A DNA stretch of 64,000 nucleotides, from the IMG/VR virus record IMGVR_UViG_3300021197_000592, positions 1-64,000 of that record; one strand, 5' to 3'. Positions 55,501 to 64,000 of the stretch are shown here, piece after piece. This DNA comes from a virus. The translations under genes and the position numbers were made by a program. Under the pieces are notes generated by a model, which made no database searches, was not told where the DNA came from, and saw only the letters and a list, made by a program, of their open reading frames with translations. How positions within the stretch are numbered: position 1 is the stretch's first letter; the number at the start of each line of letters is the position of its first letter.

Positions 55501-58500
55501 CTAAGTGGAACAATCACTAATGCTCAACTTGCAGGTTCTATTGCTAATGCGAAACTAGCAAACTCTAGCATTACCGTAAGTGATGGCTCTAACTCAACTG
55601 CTACTGCTCTTGGTGGAACGATTACCTTTGCAGGTACGAGTAATGAAACAACTGTAGCAGAAAGTAGTGGTACAGTTACAATAGGATTACCGGATGCGAT
55701 AACTGCTAATGTTACTGGTGACTTAACAGGTAATGCTGATACGGCAACTGCATTAGCAAATGCAAGAAACATCGGTGGAGTATCATTTGATGGAACTGCA
55801 AACATCAACTTACCGGGAGTAAACTCGGCAGGTAATCAATCAACTTCAAGTCACGCAAGGTTCCTTTATTCTAATGATGATAGAGATTTAGCCCCCGAAG
55901 ATTTGACTTATGGTAGATATGTGCATACGTTTTTCAGCACTAAAACGGGTTTAACTACGGGTTCAGCAGGTTCAGATTATGTAGATGCAATAGTGCTAAA
56001 CACTTATTCAGGACAAAGCGGTGGTGATGCAAACGTTCTCGCCTTTAACAAAAACGCAAGTTCCCCCGCTATTTATCATTACACGGCAGACCAAGCCGGT
56101 ACTAATTGGGGAACGCCAAAAACATTAGCATATACTGATAGCAATATTACAGGTAATGCCGCTACTGCAACTACTGCAACTGCTTTGGCAAATGCACGAA
56201 CAATTAGCGGAGTATCATTTGATGGTTCTGCGAACATAAACCTAGTTACAGATAGTAGTGCTAACACCAACTTCCCTGTTGTTTTCACAAACGAAACCAG
56301 TGGTGCATTGCATGATGACACAGGAGCATTACGATACAATCCTTCTACTGGAACTCTACTTGTTCCTAATTTGAATGTATCAGGAACCACTACTCAAGTG
56401 AATACTGTGACGATGGAAGCGGCGAATGCCATTGTGTTTGAAGGAGCGACATCTGATGCATATGAGACTACTCTTACAATAACAGACCCTACTGCGGATA
56501 GGACAATTACTCTGCCAAATGAAACAGGAACACTCGCATTAATTTCCGATGTAACTTCTGCGGCAGGAGATGGAGTTACTCTAGCAAATGGTGTAGATAA
56601 CAGAATAGTCACGGCTACTGGTGCGGCGGCATTGAATGGTGAGGCAAACCTAACATTCGATGGAAGCGTATTAACTGCACCTGCAATAACAATGGGTAAT
56701 ATTAAACTAAGAAGCACTAATGAAATTGAAACAGATAGTGGTGCAATACATCTACAATACAATACGGGTAATGCTGTCAATATCGGGTATGCTAGTTCAG
56801 ACTCAATCCTAGCGCATTGGGGAGAATATGATTTAACAGGTAGAATACATATTGATAGAAATGTAGATTCTGCTACTGATGCAACGGGTTCTGCTGCTAT
56901 ATTCATTGATTATGATTCATCAGGAACTAATACTCCCGGTCAAGATAATGAGCATTATGCAATTTATATTGACCAAGATAACTCATCAACTGCTGGTGGT
57001 TCAGGTTCAGATGAAATAGAGATGGCAGGTATTTACGTTGACCAAAGACAAAGCGGTGATGCTAACAGACAATATGCTTTCCAAAGTTATCAAGAGTATG
57101 AACCTTCAACTGCACAAACTATTCATTCAATGGCTGCTGTGAGGACTTCTGTTAATTCTCATATGACTCATGCTAGTGCTACTTTAAGCAGCCTATATGG
57201 TCATTACAGCGATGTAAGAATAGAAAAGAATGGAGTTAACACCAATTCCTATGCTGAATATAACTACATTGAAGTTAATGATGATAGGGAAAGTGATGTA
57301 GGGAACATCTATGGTTCATATAACCAAGTAGATATTGAAGGTGGTAATAGCAATTCAATATCAACAGGATATGTATATGGTGGTAGATACACAATAGACC
57401 ACAACGATGACTCAGTTACCACCGCACATGGTTATCTCATGTATCTTGATTGGCAAGGTGCTGCCAACGTAACTAATCCTTGGGGATTATATGTTACTGG
57501 TGAGACAAAGAATTACTTCTCAGGTAATGTCGGTATAGGCACTACGAGTCCTTCTGAAGCCCTGCACATTAGAAGTTCTAGCGACCATCCATTAGTATTG
57601 GAAAATGACCAAAATGCCGCTTATGTTGGTATCCAATTCAGCGACCACGCAGGAGGAAGTTATGCACAGAAGGGCGAGTTCAGATTCAATCACGCAGATG
57701 GTTCATCACAAGGTAGTGGTGCTTCGTTCACCTTTACTACAACAGAATCAGACTTGAGTATAATTGGTGGTAAATTCATCAGCGCAGTTGGTTCAGCGAG
57801 TGAACCCGGATTTGGATTTAGTGGCGATGTGGATAATGGTATGTTCCATCCGGCAACAAATGAAATAGCATTTACTACCGCAGGGGCGGAAGCAGTAAGG
57901 TTAGATGCTTCAGGTAATGTCGGAATAGGCACTACGAGTCCCGATTATGCATTAGACGTAGCAGGTAATATCGGTGTAGACAATATAATTTATCATAATG
58001 GAGATGGTAATACTTACCTCAATTTCCAAGACGATGATTTCAGAATTGTTGTAGGGAATGATTTAGCGTTCCATTATGATGAATCGGGTACTTCTGTCTT
58101 GCACCTATCGTATAACGGGGAAGCAGACGTAAACATTGGTAATGGTCATTTCTTCTTCGGAGGTTCACAAGGTTCGTATGATACTAAAATGGGAATAGGC
58201 ACTACTGCTCCCGGTAAAACTCTACACGTTTCTGATGGTTCAACAAGCGGAATTACAGGTGGGACTAATGCCGCCTTATTGATTACTGATGATGCTAACC
58301 CGCGTATTTACTTTGAAGATGTAGGTGAGGGTTCAGGCGATAGAGTCATGGATATAATGTATGATTCTGAATCATTATCGTTTAACTCCCTAAATGACGC
58401 GGCATCTGCATATGATACTCAAAACATAATGGTGATAAATCGAGATGGTAATGTCGGAATAGGCACTTCAAGCCCTGATGGTAATTTGCATATATCATCA

Positions 58501-59343
58501 GGAACTTCGGGAGATTGCACAGTTATCATAGGGGCAGATACAGATAACAATGCAGAAGGAGATGTGCCTCGTCTTTGGTTTAGAGCAGATAACAACATAA
58601 ACGAAGGTGCTATTCAACTGAGTGATAACGAATTAGATATCATATCAAACGCCAATACAAATAGCGCAATAAGATTCCTAACCGGAACTACTAGCAATAC
58701 AGGAACAACCGACCCCGCTACAAGCGCATCTGAAAGAATGAGAATTACATCTGCTGGTAAAGTTGCAATAGGTAGTACAAGCGCAACTGCCACACTAGAT
58801 GTGACAGTCGTAGGAAGCAACACTAGCACAAGTGGTATTGCTTTCGGTGATGCCAGTAAAGGATATTTGGCCGCAGGTTCAAGTTACGTTTCATTCGCAA
58901 CAAATGACGGCACTACAAGAATAGCCATAGACAATGGTGGAGATAATGTAGGGAACGTAGGGATAGGAACTACAACTCCTACACATAAACTAGAGGTAAA
59001 TGGTTCATTCGCCGCAACTACCAAGTCTTTCGATATAGAACACCCAACGAAAGAAGGCAAGAGATTGCATCACGGTTCTCTTGAAGGGCCGGAACACGGT
59101 GTCTACATCAGAGGTAGATTAGAAGGAGACACAATAGAACTACCTGACTACTGGCTAGGTCTAGTTGATGAGGATACAATCACAGTTCAACTAACTCCTA
59201 ACAAGGGATTCCAACAGATTTACGTTGACCACATAGAGGACAACAAGGTGTATGTCGGAACTCAGACTGATACTCCGATAGACTGCTTCTACTTCATACA
59301 GGCAGAGAGAAAGGATGTCGAGAAAATGGTGGTGGAATACTAA
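49555..59343 (+). CDS. very large tail fibre (3262 aa)
   Basis: AKIADDAVT, TGNADTAT.LA.AR.I and GNVGIGTTSP repeats; C-terminal KSFDIEHP...LEGPEHGVYIRG domain. Confidence 0.85.
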   Translation: MVNSNPGFLTTLSATPNTRIVDGTDNIHSGIINALNVATGGNAVISGFNITQEDGGTYTQYDVATGKILRDGILVSVSARSDIAPGVGARADNDWYATVVVDSSNVIQIRTGGSGVSTASVSTLTASDIPVAIIKYPAGTDHDAVDRPVQFLGYNGSTRGLSILNSGSETLRINANATLTKGSATLTLPSSTGTIALTSDITYTSAISEGNSGLIPSGGVGTSNIANDAVTYAKMQNVSGTDKILGRDSSGAGIVEEMTPANVRTMLGIETGATADQSDAEIETAYHNQVAQVSSAERTAGNSTAIKRYTPADIKSMIDAHQTDTNTDVTVANLKTKLNSDFGGDFTIGTQSNDTAILSGHLTVGGNLTVNGATQTINSTVVTIDDPVFTLGGDSAGTNDDKDRGIEFKWHDGANPKVGFFGFDDSVGKFTFIPDSTNSSEVFSGTAGTIVANLEGAVTGNASTATALATSRNFSITGDVTAGAIGFTGAGNVALSTTLADDAVATAKIADDAVTSAKIADATIATGNLADDSVTFAKMQDTSTNNRVLGATTAGTIGEVQVATAMVADDAITSAKIADDAVGADQLASNAVVNASVASNAAIAQSKIDGLVSALSGKEPSQTIGDGLDRTSATLKVDIDGLTIENGIDRTADFIMYDDATNGLRRINPANLFGLLIASDVPDISSAYRATGTALVNADISNSAAISADKIADGSTNKVFTATLKSKLDGVAAGATAGADWSSNVSNISVANSQLAGSIANAKLANSSVTINSNSLNLGGTLTLDTDDFAEGTNKFYTDERVDDRVNTLITDGEGITTTYNDSSNTLTLAAELATTSNKGVASFSSAHFDVTSGAVSIKAASISDSQIASNGSIAQSKIANLVSNLSDKIENLGDLSITSSATELNVLDGIPATLTATELGYVDGVTSAIQTQLNSKLSSVAVADLTDINSLSTSINTNSTHTQLATAKAVKDYITQQQVEDRTYTISATLDGGSTPLLTISDQFGGSSTVAVTGGDRITTTVISDRLHISDSGKGGVASAAFNQGLLTLTHDDGTTTTATVPDSTTDAHGLMTDDQFDKLAAIEAQADVTDKANVVASLGLLNESDTLYLGDAGNDTTVRVRGNFFVDGTTTTINQTEINVQDAIKFEGQTADDHETILRIIDPTADRVISLPDITGTVVTTGDSQTIATGMIANLGVTTGKIASNAVSSGKLATGAVATAKIADDAVTGAKIDFIDDSIAATDTHIMVADGTDYNNVAMSGDATLANDGVLTIANLAVETGMLANLGVTTAKIAADAITGAKIADDAINSEHYTNGSIDEAHIADNAVTVSKISGLTSLGSGTVISSAERTKLSGIATSADVTGTTNVNAAGAVMHTDIPDSDTGFVKRTGSETYDIDTNTYLTSLAVTGLSDIAQLEQNLASITDDHAGLATAKAVKAYVDSIPGGVGGMSFVLEDGDGTELTIADSKEIKFVPASSLLTINWTDVDNGTDADPYDLTFTVDNDLANYDNSSSSFATTTALTNATAATAITGKVLTNLGSGTGGAIAAGDTILAAMQKLETRTALNDAKVTNTDVNVNVSNLTARLPQITESVTIGDATDVTVTTSGALVVTGNLTVNGTTTTLDTTNLAIEDKNIVLGTGNSGSEVLDATGLTLEGGSGDDVTFQYNASADRMELKHGSAFEDFKAGTILAAFTGDLTGDVTGNADTATTLATARSIAGKSFNGSADITIATTDLSDISALDTDLSSVSANDDSLASAKAIKAYVDAQVDTEDTIAELNDTNIGSLSAGHLLIYDSTAGVFDNAIPTGSDTSTIDMTVTGGDGTLAISADLKDPNSLTEMTDDGASSTRTAATADQILVWEDDPGAFRKMTLANLSDFAVQNGAGGISTFKTISVSGQDDIVADDTADTLTLTAGSGITIANTAASDTIAFSIAAGAIANTMLANDSVSFGGVSLDLGQSDATPAFDLADATNYPTSSLSGTITNAQLAGSIANAKLANSSITVSDGSNSTATALGGTITFAGTSNETTVAESSGTVTIGLPDAITANVTGDLTGNADTATALANARNIGGVSFDGTANINLPGVNSAGNQSTSSHARFLYSNDDRDLAPEDLTYGRYVHTFFSTKTGLTTGSAGSDYVDAIVLNTYSGQSGGDANVLAFNKNASSPAIYHYTADQAGTNWGTPKTLAYTDSNITGNAATATTATALANARTISGVSFDGSANINLVTDSSANTNFPVVFTNETSGALHDDTGALRYNPSTGTLLVPNLNVSGTTTQVNTVTMEAANAIVFEGATSDAYETTLTITDPTADRTITLPNETGTLALISDVTSAAGDGVTLANGVDNRIVTATGAAALNGEANLTFDGSVLTAPAITMGNIKLRSTNEIETDSGAIHLQYNTGNAVNIGYASSDSILAHWGEYDLTGRIHIDRNVDSATDATGSAAIFIDYDSSGTNTPGQDNEHYAIYIDQDNSSTAGGSGSDEIEMAGIYVDQRQSGDANRQYAFQSYQEYEPSTAQTIHSMAAVRTSVNSHMTHASATLSSLYGHYSDVRIEKNGVNTNSYAEYNYIEVNDDRESDVGNIYGSYNQVDIEGGNSNSISTGYVYGGRYTIDHNDDSVTTAHGYLMYLDWQGAANVTNPWGLYVTGETKNYFSGNVGIGTTSPSEALHIRSSSDHPLVLENDQNAAYVGIQFSDHAGGSYAQKGEFRFNHADGSSQGSGASFTFTTTESDLSIIGGKFISAVGSASEPGFGFSGDVDNGMFHPATNEIAFTTAGAEAVRLDASGNVGIGTTSPDYALDVAGNIGVDNIIYHNGDGNTYLNFQDDDFRIVVGNDLAFHYDESGTSVLHLSYNGEADVNIGNGHFFFGGSQGSYDTKMGIGTTAPGKTLHVSDGSTSGITGGTNAALLITDDANPRIYFEDVGEGSGDRVMDIMYDSESLSFNSLNDAASAYDTQNIMVINRDGNVGIGTSSPDGNLHISSGTSGDCTVIIGADTDNNAEGDVPRLWFRADNNINEGAIQLSDNELDIISNANTNSAIRFLTGTTSNTGTTDPATSASERMRITSAGKVAIGSTSATATLDVTVVGSNTSTSGIAFGDASKGYLAAGSSYVSFATNDGTTRIAIDNGGDNVGNVGIGTTTPTHKLEVNGSFAATTKSFDIEHPTKEGKRLHHGSLEGPEHGVYIRGRLEGDTIELPDYWLGLVDEDTITVQLTPNKGFQQIYVDHIEDNKVYVGTQTDTPIDCFYFIQAERKDVEKMVVEY
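57520..57941 (+). repeat. 32-bp direct repeat within the fibre (57520-57551, 57910-57941)
   Basis: TCAGGTAATGTCGGWATAGGCACTACGAGTCC, 31/32 identical; partial third copy near 58447. Confidence 0.85.
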
Positions 59344-60107
59344 TGCACTACGGGCCGAAGATAGTCGTAGACAGTCTCGTATTCTGCTTCGATGCAGGTA
59401 GTGACAAATGCACAGATGCAGATGACGATTTGGCTAATATGAGAGACATTGGGCCAGTAGAGCATTCTTCTAGGACAGATAGGAGCATGGCTGGCGAGGG
59501 TATAACAGCGAATATCTCATTCCCGACTAATACAGGTGCGGCCAAGGCAATCAACACAGGAGTCACATGGAGAAGAAGCGATGATGACCCTGCTGACCCT
59601 TCTAATTTTAACAATAGAGTAGTAATGACCGATAATCTCGTATTCGCAGACGAATCTGCTTGGTCAATGGAGTTTTGGGCAAAGCCCGATTCTGATTCAG
59701 AACACACCTTCCTAAGTCTAGCAGGAAGGTCGGCAACGAATAACTGGATGATTTGGCAACAGGGAAGTAGCACATGGTATCCTCGTTATCGAGATAACAA
59801 TTCTAATTATTACAGGGATAGTGCTAACACCAATGTTGCAGGACCGGATGACTGGCATCAAGTCGTGTTTACTGCTGATACAAGCAGAAACATCGGGTTC
59901 TATGTAGATGGTGCTTTGCTTGGTGGTACTACTCAAGCCGCAGATACACAAGCAACCGTGAATAGAATCATGGCTGGTTATTCCTCTGGAACTTCTAGGT
60001 ATAATTTCCAAGGAAGTATGCTTTGTGCTAGAATCTACGCTAAGACACTATCAGCCGCAGAGGTATTGCAGAACTTTAATGCCACAAGAGGGAGAGTGGG
60101 GATATGA
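59343..60107 (+). CDS. LamG/concanavalin A-like domain protein
   Basis: WSMEFW, WHQVVFT, FYVDG, ARIYAKTLSAAEVLQNF. Confidence 0.85.
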   Translation: MHYGPKIVVDSLVFCFDAGSDKCTDADDDLANMRDIGPVEHSSRTDRSMAGEGITANISFPTNTGAAKAINTGVTWRRSDDDPADPSNFNNRVVMTDNLVFADESAWSMEFWAKPDSDSEHTFLSLAGRSATNNWMIWQQGSSTWYPRYRDNNSNYYRDSANTNVAGPDDWHQVVFTADTSRNIGFYVDGALLGGTTQAADTQATVNRIMAGYSSGTSRYNFQGSMLCARIYAKTLSAAEVLQNFNATRGRVGI

Positions 60108-60322
60108 AGTATAGAATAAACGGAGTATCTTATACTGAGGAAGAATTACAGAGTATCATCTCTGGTACTAATCCAGAGTATTGTGATGAAGAGGGTAACC
60201 CAATAGTGGAGTATCAAGACGCCGCTTTGGTTGCGATAGAAGGAGGTAGTAGTTTCATTCCACTCACATTTGAAGAGGCTATGATTCAATCTAGATTATT
60301 ATACACTACGGAGGAGGAATAA
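60104..60322 (+). CDS. small acidic protein
   Basis: ORF track; coupled start and stop. Confidence 0.6.
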   Translation: MKYRINGVSYTEEELQSIISGTNPEYCDEEGNPIVEYQDAALVAIEGGSSFIPLTFEEAMIQSRLLYTTEEE

Positions 60323-60501
60323 TGTCATTCCACAATGGTGCTAACGTAGTGACTGATGACATATTGATAAATCAGATTGTAGGCTCAAACACCGATGCTA
60401 ACTTTCAAGGAGATGTTGCTCTATTCAGGCATTACGATGTGGGATTGACAGGAGCAGAAGTAATACAGACCTACGAAGCGACTAGAGGTAGGTTTGTATG
60501 A
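60322..60501 (+). pseudogene. internally deleted LamG paralogue (59 aa, in frame)
   Basis: MSFHNGANVVTDDIL...NFQGDVALFRHYDVGLTGAEVIQTYEATRGRFV matches only the termini of its neighbours. Confidence 0.7.
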
Positions 60502-60620
60502 ATAAGGATTGCATTACAAGCACATTTCGCAGATTGGAATTCAGGGATGTAATCAAGAGAGTAGAAGAAGAATATGCAGAAGAGCATTTGAATCCCTATA
60601 TAGCATTGGAGGAAGAGTAA
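60498..60620 (+). CDS. 40-aa acidic micro-ORF
   Basis: Hand-translated MNKDCITSTFRRLEFRDVIKRVEEEYAEEHLNPYIALEEE; coupled at both ends. Confidence 0.5.
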   Translation: MNKDCITSTFRRLEFRDVIKRVEEEYAEEHLNPYIALEEE

Positions 60621-61402
60621 TGGGTTTCGGTAATGGTCTTACTCTTGCTTCTCCCCACAGGATTCTCTTCAATGTAGATGCCAAGAATACTAAGTGCTAT
60701 TCTGGTAGTGGTACAACCGTAACTGATTCTATCTCTGGAACCACTCTCTCATTGAACAATGGTGCGGCATTCTCCAATGGAGCGTTTGCCTTTGATGGTT
60801 CAAACGATGGACTGAAAGCAAGTGCGGTTATTCCCGGTATGGATTTCCAATACACTCAGGAGTTCACGTTAGAAGTAGTCGCTAAGGTGAAGGAGACTGG
60901 TAATGGTTTTCTCATAAACAATAGAGGCGCAAGTGATGGTACGCAGAACTATCGTGGTTGGGCGTTATTCTCTTCCGGTAGTAGTCCCAATACGATTATC
61001 AAAGGGACTATCGGAATGTACAAGGATTCAGCACATCATTGGGTTGGGACAGATTGCACCGCCGCAGATTTCACTAACATCGCATACGACAAATGGTGTC
61101 ACATAGTCTACTCATACGCAGGTAATGGTATAGAGGCCAGTCTGTTTCTGAATGGTGTCGATAAGAGCGATTATGCCAACCCACCCAATGATAACACAGA
61201 TGTGATTTATGATGCTAACAACGTAGCAGATACGATAAACTACGATTCTGACAACCTGATTTCAATTGGTATAGATAGCGTGAATGACTCTTCCTACGCA
61301 AGTTATAGTGATATTGCAATCGCTAGAGTATATGATATTGCGCTCACTCCAAAGGAAGTCTTGAAGAACTTCAATTCACTTAGAGGGAGGTTCGGATTGT
61401 AA
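60620..61402 (+). CDS. LamG/concanavalin A-like domain protein
   Basis: ATG 60620 after GGAGG; FDGSND, FTLEV, WCHIVYSY, ARVYDIALT. Confidence 0.85.
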   Translation: MGFGNGLTLASPHRILFNVDAKNTKCYSGSGTTVTDSISGTTLSLNNGAAFSNGAFAFDGSNDGLKASAVIPGMDFQYTQEFTLEVVAKVKETGNGFLINNRGASDGTQNYRGWALFSSGSSPNTIIKGTIGMYKDSAHHWVGTDCTAADFTNIAYDKWCHIVYSYAGNGIEASLFLNGVDKSDYANPPNDNTDVIYDANNVADTINYDSDNLISIGIDSVNDSSYASYSDIAIARVYDIALTPKEVLKNFNSLRGRFGL

Positions 61403-62718
61403 TGGGAGTAGCAGGTGGTTCTAATATCGCTACGCCTAGCAGTCTAGGTTTCTCCTTCGACCAATACAACAGTAAGTCACAGAAGGGCAAGGCTTCTATC
61501 AACGTAGTGCTGAATCAAAATCTACATGCTGGATGGTCACAAAGTTATACAGAAGGAATAGAGTGGAATATGATTGACCCGCCAGTAGGTATTACTGCTC
61601 CTGTTGTGTCTTTTCACGATGATGGAACCGGAAATGGTTATTGGTATTCCTACGGTGACCATGCACCACAGGCTAACAGTACCCAATATTCATATTCCAT
61701 ATATGTGAAGACGACAGATAAGACTGGTGCAAATATTAGAATGTACACCGCAAACAATCAGGAGAGCGATAGGGTGACTCTAGCATACAAGTATTTCACA
61801 CCCGAAGGTGAGACAAATTCCTCATATGTTCTGCTTACTGGTGCAGACGAGAACTTAGCAGATGAGAGAGGATGGATTAGATTAGAATGGGACAATGCCT
61901 TTACCACTGATTCGGATTGTGATTCAGATAGCGTCAGTCACAGATACAATAGTCTTCAATCAGACCCACACATAGAGAGACTATATCTCTGCGCTCCACA
62001 ATTAGAGGCGAATGATGTTTGCACTCCTTATGTTCCAGTAGAAGACTTTGCAAATCAGTTAACGAGGAAACAAACTCCGACCAGTGGGTATAATCTAACA
62101 TCGGTGAGAGGCAATGCATTGCACAATCTAGTTACTAGTGACGCTACGGCAACTGAGAACGTGACTTTCTTGGGAGACAATACGATTACCTTCGCAAGCG
62201 GAAATAACTTCCAAACAGGAGATATATCCTATCCTACTGCATTTGACCAAGACTTCTCACTTGAGATATGGATTTACCATGACAGTAGTAATACTTGGGC
62301 GAATTCATACAGGGGGAGATTAGTCGGTAGGGGTTCCTATGCAGGTTCACATGGATTATGGCGACACCCTACTAATGGAGTAGTTAGTGCGTGGGTCAGG
62401 TCTGGTGGAACTAGCAAGGAAAGAACGACTACTTTGAATGATAATGCTTGGAATCATGTAGTGATGACATGGGCAAATGATTCTCTTTTGGCGATATACA
62501 AGAATGGGGAACTAGGGCAATCATATGCCCCCGGCGATATATCAGGAAATGCACCAGATACAGGAACTTGGATAGTCGGAGGTTCCGGTGCGGCAAGTGG
62601 GGCTTCTGGTAGCAACTATATTGGCAAAATCGCCAAAGTACAAATATACAAAAGTGCGCTCACAGCCAATCAGGTGAAGCAGAACTTTGCGGCGCATAGG
62701 GTGAAATTCGGGTTGTGA
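61402..62718 (+). CDS. carbohydrate-binding-like domain plus LamG domain protein
   Basis: YSYSIYVK...PQLE..TPY followed by FSLEIW, WNHVVMTW, VQIYKSALT. Confidence 0.8.
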   Translation: MGVAGGSNIATPSSLGFSFDQYNSKSQKGKASINVVLNQNLHAGWSQSYTEGIEWNMIDPPVGITAPVVSFHDDGTGNGYWYSYGDHAPQANSTQYSYSIYVKTTDKTGANIRMYTANNQESDRVTLAYKYFTPEGETNSSYVLLTGADENLADERGWIRLEWDNAFTTDSDCDSDSVSHRYNSLQSDPHIERLYLCAPQLEANDVCTPYVPVEDFANQLTRKQTPTSGYNLTSVRGNALHNLVTSDATATENVTFLGDNTITFASGNNFQTGDISYPTAFDQDFSLEIWIYHDSSNTWANSYRGRLVGRGSYAGSHGLWRHPTNGVVSAWVRSGGTSKERTTTLNDNAWNHVVMTWANDSLLAIYKNGELGQSYAPGDISGNAPDTGTWIVGGSGAASGASGSNYIGKIAKVQIYKSALTANQVKQNFAAHRVKFGL

Positions 62719-62722
62719 TTAG

Positions 62723-64000
62723 ATGGCAGATAGTGACAAGGTAATTACGATAACGCCCAATACTAGCGTAGCGACTACGCACCCAGAAATCAAGTTCGTA
62801 GGGAAGGATAACTCTCCCATGTACCTGAGAGTATTGGATGACAATTCACTGTCCTTTGAGGGAGCAGAAGGACAGGTCTTCTCAATGAGTCCCACTCTCT
62901 CTAGTGGAGATATATTCAGCGTGAATGATATCTCAGGAGTCCAAAGCATGTCAGTGAATGCTGATGGTACAATCACAATGGACGCTCAGACCAAATCAGT
63001 CACGATAAAGAACAACGCATCGGCCACTTCTACTCTCATCCTAGAGAATACGAATGCTGATGCGGTTGATGGGCCTATATTGGAGTTCTATCGTAATACT
63101 CCTTCCCCCGCAGATGGTGATGATACTGGTGCTATCGTATGGGCAATGAAGAATGACAATGGAGACAGACACGAATATGGTAGAATAGTCATGGAGTATA
63201 GCGATGCTTCTGATGGTAGTGAAGATGGTGAATTAATATTCAAACTAACAGAAGCAGGTTCGGCAGAACAGGAGTTCATGAGACTTCGTGGTGGTTCTAG
63301 GCAGATTGAGTTGAATACTGCTCAAGATGACATAGACCTATGTTACAATTCTGATGCGACTGCTGATTTCTTCTACATCAATGCGAATACTCAACGGATA
63401 GGAGTTGGAGATGCAGGTACTGCTCCTGACTATCTATTACACCTAGAGGGAATAGATGGTGGCAATGGAGAGTTATTTGTTGAGAGGGCTAGTGGTACAG
63501 GTATTCGTATTCAAGCACAGGCAAGTTTTGGGTCTATTGGGACTACAACCAATGACGATTTTGGTTTGATAAGTAATGGTTCAACTAGAGTGCATGTACA
63601 GAATGATGGCAAGGTTGGAATAGGTACTACTAGTCCGGGCGAACTTCTTCATCTAAGTAGTGGGGCGGCAGGGGATAGCGTTTCCTTGAAGGTCACAAAT
63701 ACTGATGATACTAATAACGCATCCATTGCTTCTCTTCATCTTGAAAGCCAAAAGGGAACAGATAGCAATTTCTATATTGAGCATGATGCTTATGGTGTAA
63801 CTAAATTCTATAACGGTCAGGGAGCAAAGACTCATGCTTTGACTATAAATGCGTCAGGAAATATAGACATAGTTGGAAAATTACAATCAACTAATGATGA
63901 TGGTTGGAATCTTTTCCAGAAACTAACATTCGGTAAGTTGGATTACGGAACTGCCGCAGGTGGTGGTTCAGGACTTACTTCTTTTACTATTGATGACAAT
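62723..64000 (+). CDS. second tail fibre-like protein, truncated by window end
   Basis: ATG 62723, MADSDKVITITPN...; contains GKVGIGTTSP; absent from the ORF track, consistent with no stop in the window. Confidence 0.75.
   Translation, partial: MADSDKVITITPNTSVATTHPEIKFVGKDNSPMYLRVLDDNSLSFEGAEGQVFSMSPTLSSGDIFSVNDISGVQSMSVNADGTITMDAQTKSVTIKNNASATSTLILENTNADAVDGPILEFYRNTPSPADGDDTGAIVWAMKNDNGDRHEYGRIVMEYSDASDGSEDGELIFKLTEAGSAEQEFMRLRGGSRQIELNTAQDDIDLCYNSDATADFFYINANTQRIGVGDAGTAPDYLLHLEGIDGGNGELFVERASGTGIRIQAQASFGSIGTTTNDDFGLISNGSTRVHVQNDGKVGIGTTSPGELLHLSSGAAGDSVSLKVTNTDDTNNASIASLHLESQKGTDSNFYIEHDAYGVTKFYNGQGAKTHALTINASGNIDIVGKLQSTNDDGWNLFQKLTFGKLDYGTAAGGGSGLTSFTIDDN

Noticed and set aside
518-63835. 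Many minus-strand ORFs in the track (e.g. 2228-2938, 24520-25416, 50634-51374, 54084-54851)
   Set aside because: They are antisense shadows of + strand genes with S/F/L- or A/V/S-rich composition and no recognisable motifs.
59343-64000. Diversity-generating retroelement acting on lectin/fibre genes
   Set aside because: No reverse transcriptase in the window and no template/variable repeat pair differing only at adenines was seen.
1-64000. tRNA or rRNA genes
   Set aside because: Intergenic gaps are very short and no cloverleaf or rRNA-like sequence was noticed; a tRNAscan-SE run would be needed to exclude them formally.

Overview
The window is 64 kb of one tailed dsDNA virus (Caudoviricetes, HK97-type head). 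All credible genes are on the + strand and tightly coupled, with ATGA/TGATG overlaps and GGTGA/GGAGG Shine-Dalgarno sites. The SD motif, the Zn-ribbon portal and the capsid/protease/tail-tube style suggest an archaeal head-tail virus, probably a marine Euryarchaeota (Poseidoniales, 'magrovirus'-like) virus; this is inference, no search was run. Layout: (1) 0.2-24.2 kb, about 30 mostly unknown genes interleaved with terminase large subunit, a LAGLIDADG-domain gene, portal and an ATP-dependent DNA ligase; (2) 24.2-28 kb, prohead protease/scaffold, major capsid and accessory head genes; (3) 28-30.8 kb, two membrane proteins, an Arf-like small GTPase and partners; (4) 32.5-64 kb, neck, tail tube, frameshifted tail chaperone, short tape measure, very large tail-tip/fibre proteins and LamG-like genes. 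Main observation: at least 18 otherwise unrelated genes in region 1 begin with the same peptide M-[SNEA]-W-x-x-[ILV]-[LIV]-K (some are variants). It also appears internally at domain junctions, at C-termini and as a 20-aa tag-only ORF, and it starts no gene after the capsid gene. It ends in the same hydrophobic-x-K|[SA] pattern seen in the protease and capsid leaders. I infer a capsid-targeting and protease-cleavage tag on an exchangeable array of cargo proteins (GNAT-like, PAP2, HExxH, possibly the ligase), analogous to the T4 internal-protein capsid targeting sequence. The Arf-like GTPase/membrane module is a second candidate system.
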